NCBI RefSeq assembly: GCF_009834535.1 | Contig: NC_045697.1 | Span: 57,786,001-57,850,000, forward strand | Source: Camelus ferus | Taxonomy: Eukaryota | Reading direction: 5' to 3' | DNA: 64,000 nt | Shown: in pieces, positions 59,704 through 64,000 of the stretch | Layout of the letters: every line of letters begins with the position of its first letter | Numbering within the stretch: the first letter of the stretch is position 1 | Notes under the pieces: generated by a model | Told to the model about the DNA's origin: nothing | Database searches by the model: none | The model's input: only the letters and a program-made list of their open reading frames with translations | Made by a program: the position numbers and the translations under genes

Positions 59704-60968
59704 AAATATTCTAAACATTAAGTTTATCTGACAAGTTGGCCTGTAGATGTGACAAACAACCTTCAGTTCGGCCTACACAAGAAAATTCCTTCTTGGACTT
59801 TAAGAATATCTTTCCCTTATTTAACTGACTTATTTCATTAAAGCTAGACATTGTGCCTGTAAACATTTTACCAAATGATCTGGATACAGCAAGATAAAAT
59901 CGTGGCATAGCTTTATTTTTCCTGTGATAGTGGTTATTCTATTTTTCAGTTTAATGCCATCTCTATGAATCCAAATAACATTTATTTTTATTTTATGGAA
60001 TGAACAAATTCTCTTTTTTAGGCATAAAAAAAAACAGGATTTAGAAACAAGTTCTAATGTCATTAGGTTTAAATATTCACTCTTCTCAACTAAAGCTTAG
60101 AAGCCTACATTAAAAAAGATTAATATGATCTGTTTTTTCTTCCTTCTCTTTCTATTTTCTCTCCTATGCTCTGTAGTCAGAGACTTTAGGGCAAGAAGTA
60201 GAAATAAGGGAGATAAAAACTCTTAAAGTTTGAAGTTGCAGTTTAGAAGGTTAAGGCTTTAGAAAACTCTAAAATTATTTTCTCTTTTTAATATACACAT
60301 ACACCCTCAGTCTCCTGCTTATTTTTAAAATAATAAACATGAAAGAAAGCTTACCGCCTCAGTCTGCTCCATCTGGCATGCATTCTTTGGTCATATGTTT
60401 GATTTAATGGCTTAGCAGAGACCTCACTTCATATTATGTTTCTTATACTTTCCTGGAGTTTGAAGTTTACAGAAGAAAATACCTTTTCTAAACTGCTTTC
60501 ATCCTCGGTCTTTGTATCCTGCTTTTGTTTGTAATTAGATTCAACATTTCTAAACTCCCAAATAGAAAAGATCAGTCTTGGCAGGTCTTTTTCAATTTGA
60601 AAGACTCAGCAAGCTTGATCCTTGATTATTTTCCAGCTTTAATTATTTTGACTATGGCATGATATTAATCCTCTCATCCCTGAAGCACTCTTAAATTATC
60701 AGTGAGTAGACACAAAATTTTATCTTCATCAATCTTTGATTCTTTTCCTGACACAACTTAAAAGGTGTTAAGATATTTTGTTTCTCCTATAAACATTCTG
60801 AATACAACATGAATCCAAAAAATATAGGGTCATCCACTTGCTAGCTTTGCTTTGGCATAAAATAACAATTCTCCTCTCAAAGATACTTAATTGGTACATG
60901 AGTTTAGAAGAGAAGAACTGGAAAATGCAGAGGAAAAACGTTATAGATTTTTGAATTTTGCCTAGGAT

Positions 60969-61477
60969 TGTACTAGGGAGGAACAAATCTGACTCTATAT
61001 TGGATCTGTTTCATTTACTTTAACCACTGTATTCTCCTGCTTTTGTTACAAATTAATCACTAAAGTGATACTGCTATAGCTTAAAGTATACATAATGGCC
61101 CACCTCCTGGAACCCTGCCTTCCATGCCTGAGTGTTAAGCTAAAATACCTTTGTTTAAGCTCACAGGAAACATACTGACCATGCCCACCAGTAAGTAACT
61201 GCGGGAAAAAAAGGAATTAACACATCCTCTCCAGGATGGAACCAGGAAATATTTGCAACAACTTACCACCTTTTCACTTTACTTTCCTTACCTCCCTCTA
61301 TTTTATAAAAGAAACGAGCATCCAAATCCAGGCAAAATGGTTCCCTGGGACACTAGTTCACTATCTTCTCAGTTTGCTGGCTTTCTGAATCAAGTCATTA
61401 CTCCTTGTCCTAACAGCTCATCTCTAGATTTACTGGCCTATAGTGTGGAGAGCAGTACAGGCTTGGACTCAGTAACA
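60969..61477 (+). mobile_element. ERV1 (MER41-like) solo LTR with 4-bp TSD
   Basis: TG...gtaaCA ends; ggat at 60965-68 and 61478-81; tataaaa box. Confidence 0.85.
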
Positions 61478-61768
61478 GGATTAGCTCATAAATGATTTTC
61501 TATCACCATAATATTTGATGAAATTGGAACTTGTTTTAACATATTTTTAGGTTATTTAGGGTTTCTAGGTTAAGATCCCATGGTGTGGGGGAAATAACAC
61601 AGCCTTTGGATTTGGATAAAGCTTCTAATCCTAGTCAATTTTATAGCTTTGTTATCTGGGGATATTCTCTCTCTCCAGGTTTCAGTTTCTATTTTGTAAA
61701 CAAACTACATTTTAGAGCTCTTAGGAAGTCTGGATGGCATGGTACTGTAAGTTTCTACAGCACATATC

Positions 61769-62316
61769 TGTGATAGTACCTCCATCCTTCACTTACTCTT
61801 TCTCCTTTCACCAAAGCCCAGTACTGTAAGGACATCCAGACTCCTCCACAAGGCACTGTGCTTTGGGGGAGGGAATTCTTATCCCAGCATTAAGGGTACT
61901 TCTTAATTGGGCTAATCTAATCATGGCATTCCCATTTTGCTTGCCAGTGACTGGATTAGGTGTATGATCCAATTATGGGCAAGAAATACAAGGGGCAGTC
62001 TTCACAGAAGGTATGAAAATGTTTCTTCCCCCTAAAAGTGAAACTTTATAACTCACATTCTCTTTCCAGATATGTGTTAATGTCTGAATATAATGCCAGG
62101 GAATACTGTAGCCAACTTGCTATGAGCCTATGGAGAAAATGAAGCAGAAAATGGCAGAAAGATGGTGGTGTTCTACCTGTTATCACTAATCATCTGATTA
62201 ACTTGCTGGGACTACAAGAACTCTAGACTTTTTGTTGTGGAGATGATAAATTTTCCTTGATTTTAAATAGAATGAAATAGTTGCTGTAATTTACAAACAA
62301 GACATTCTAACCAACA
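61769..62316 (+). mobile_element. Old MLT1-type LTR
   Basis: ccattttgcttgccagtgactgg...taaattttccttg...cattctaacc. Confidence 0.55.
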
Positions 62317-64000
62317 GTGATGACGACAGTATGTGGTAAGTGTTCAACAGATGTTATTTTCCTTATTTCCCATTTATCCCTAGAAGTGTTACAGTATGTA
62401 TACCTAAAATTATTTAGCTTGATACCAATCTAAATGCTGTATAGAAAAAAATTGTTTGATCAACTGCTTAACTTGAATCCATGGGGGAAATTTATAACCA
62501 GTGCTAATTATGTGCTAAGTTCATCCTCACTTAAGAATAAAATTAGCATAATTTGACTAGATATCTCAGTGTAGAAATGAGATGAGAAATCACTTTATTT
62601 TGCCCATTAAGATATAATTCTGCATTTTTAAAGGTTGACATTAGTTCAAACTAAAAATTATTTTATTATTACGTATTAAAATCAATAGAATATTGATACA
62701 ATTAAAAGCATACTGAGCATCCAGCATACTAAGGGATCATAAAATGTATATTTCATTCTAATAATAAAGTTAAAGAAAATAGTTAAAAGCTAATGAGGAT
62801 AAGCATACATAAGTTATCTTTATTTCTCATCTAGAAAATATACTCAAGGAGCTAATTCAGTTTTTTTTTCCAATAAACTGTATAATTCGTATCTATGTTG
62901 TTTCTATGAGTGGAGAAAAAAAATCAAGGAACTTAACTATAGATGGCAGTTCAGAGCTTTCCTTGATTAAACTGCGAACATTCAGAAGAAAAACAAAAAA
63001 CAAAAAACAACTCCCTAAAGGAAGGAAGCTCTTGACAGATGAGAAAATTCACTTATATGCATTCTTGACACCAGGCAGCCCTGAATAAGTCCTGGGAAGG
63101 AGTTATTTTTTTTTTAACTTTGTTAAGAATAATAGGGTGAGTTTCAAAAGAGCATTCTAATTAAGGACTAGAAATAAAATAAAAGATTTGGATAAAGTGA
63201 TGGCAGTTAAGGATCTTATCCTCTTTTGAATTCTTTTAACAATTACTGTCCAAACCATATTTATGGCATTTACTTTTGACTGCATTCCTTTGCATTGTGT
63301 GTGTGTGTGTGTTTGTACCTCTTTTTTTCAGTCATAGGGGACTGTAATTTTAAATAGCTAAGATGTAGTCTCCATCCTTGCCTTTTCTATTTTTTTCTTG
63401 GCACAGAAGAAAGATTTATAAATCGTAGGCTTTTGATAAATTTTGTAGGTGAGTGAGGGATAAAGTAGAACTATAATTTATAATTTGTTTACTTTTAAGA
63501 AAATTTAATTGTTTTTTGTGCTAATGCTGACATTTTTATAAGAAAAATATTATAAATGAAAAATCATCCTAATAACCTATAATTACCAAGTTTACTATAA
63601 ATATACATCCAAAGCACAAGTTACTAAAAAGTCACTCCATGTTAGTACTGCACCCTATTTACTAGTAAATTTTTGAGGGTAAATAATTTCTAATTTACTG
63701 AATTTGATCTCTACAACAGAAGGCAGATCATTTCCATTTTCATGACTGCCCCAAATCCAATGAAGAGAACTTTTATTTTGATCCAAAAGCATGTTGTTGT
63801 CCATTCCCAGGTCTAAAAAGAATCTCTGTGAGAATAAGAAACTGCTAACTAACAATACATACACACACACTCTGCACTGATTGTCATATTGTCATATCTC
63901 TTAGTTGACATGAAGTCTCTAGCTAGCCTATTGAAAGCTTGCAACTTCCCAGGGAAGGGTTAGAAGGTCAACTGAGGTCAATTTAGTGAATTTCAGTTCT

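Larger units (their letters stand above)
59711..63825 (-). pseudogene. 3' end of a second decayed multi-exon gene, product unidentified
   Basis: Exon-like segments at ~63825-63655, 62971-62809, 60786-60355 (donor GCG|gtaagc) and a terminal 60017-59711 followed by three AATAAA. The last two junctions are phase-compatible. Confidence 0.45.

Noticed and set aside
59870..59900. LAVSRSFG, resembling the PP2C motif LAVSRAxGD
   Set aside because: It lacks the following Asp and the other PP2C motifs; probably chance.
1..64000. CRISPR arrays, rRNA, tRNA genes, prokaryotic operons, CpG island
   Set aside because: None seen; the sequence is CpG-depleted mammalian DNA.

Overview
AT-rich, CpG-poor mammalian genomic DNA. 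It is probably camelid, judging by eye from the L1 3' ends and the absence of Alu, BovB/Bov-tA, PRE-1 and Can-SINE. No intact protein-coding gene is visible. About 60% is recognisable mobile DNA: a nested ~18 kb minus-strand L1 stack (28.7-46.9 kb), another ~6 kb L1, a deleted class III (HERV-S/ERVL-like) provirus with both LTRs and a 5-bp TSD, a class I ERV gag-pol remnant, solo LTRs, L2, MIR and DNA-transposon relics. The most notable signal lies in the unique sequence between repeats. About 20 plus-strand segments with splice-site-like borders translate, through stops and frameshifts, into the ordered landmarks of an unconventional myosin: motor, converter, IQ, weak MyTH4 and FERM. This suggests a decayed intron-containing myosin gene spanning ~3.3-54.4 kb. 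A second, unidentified decayed multi-exon gene appears to end convergently on the minus strand at 59.7-63.8 kb. All family and protein assignments come from my own reading and recall of motifs, not from database searches.
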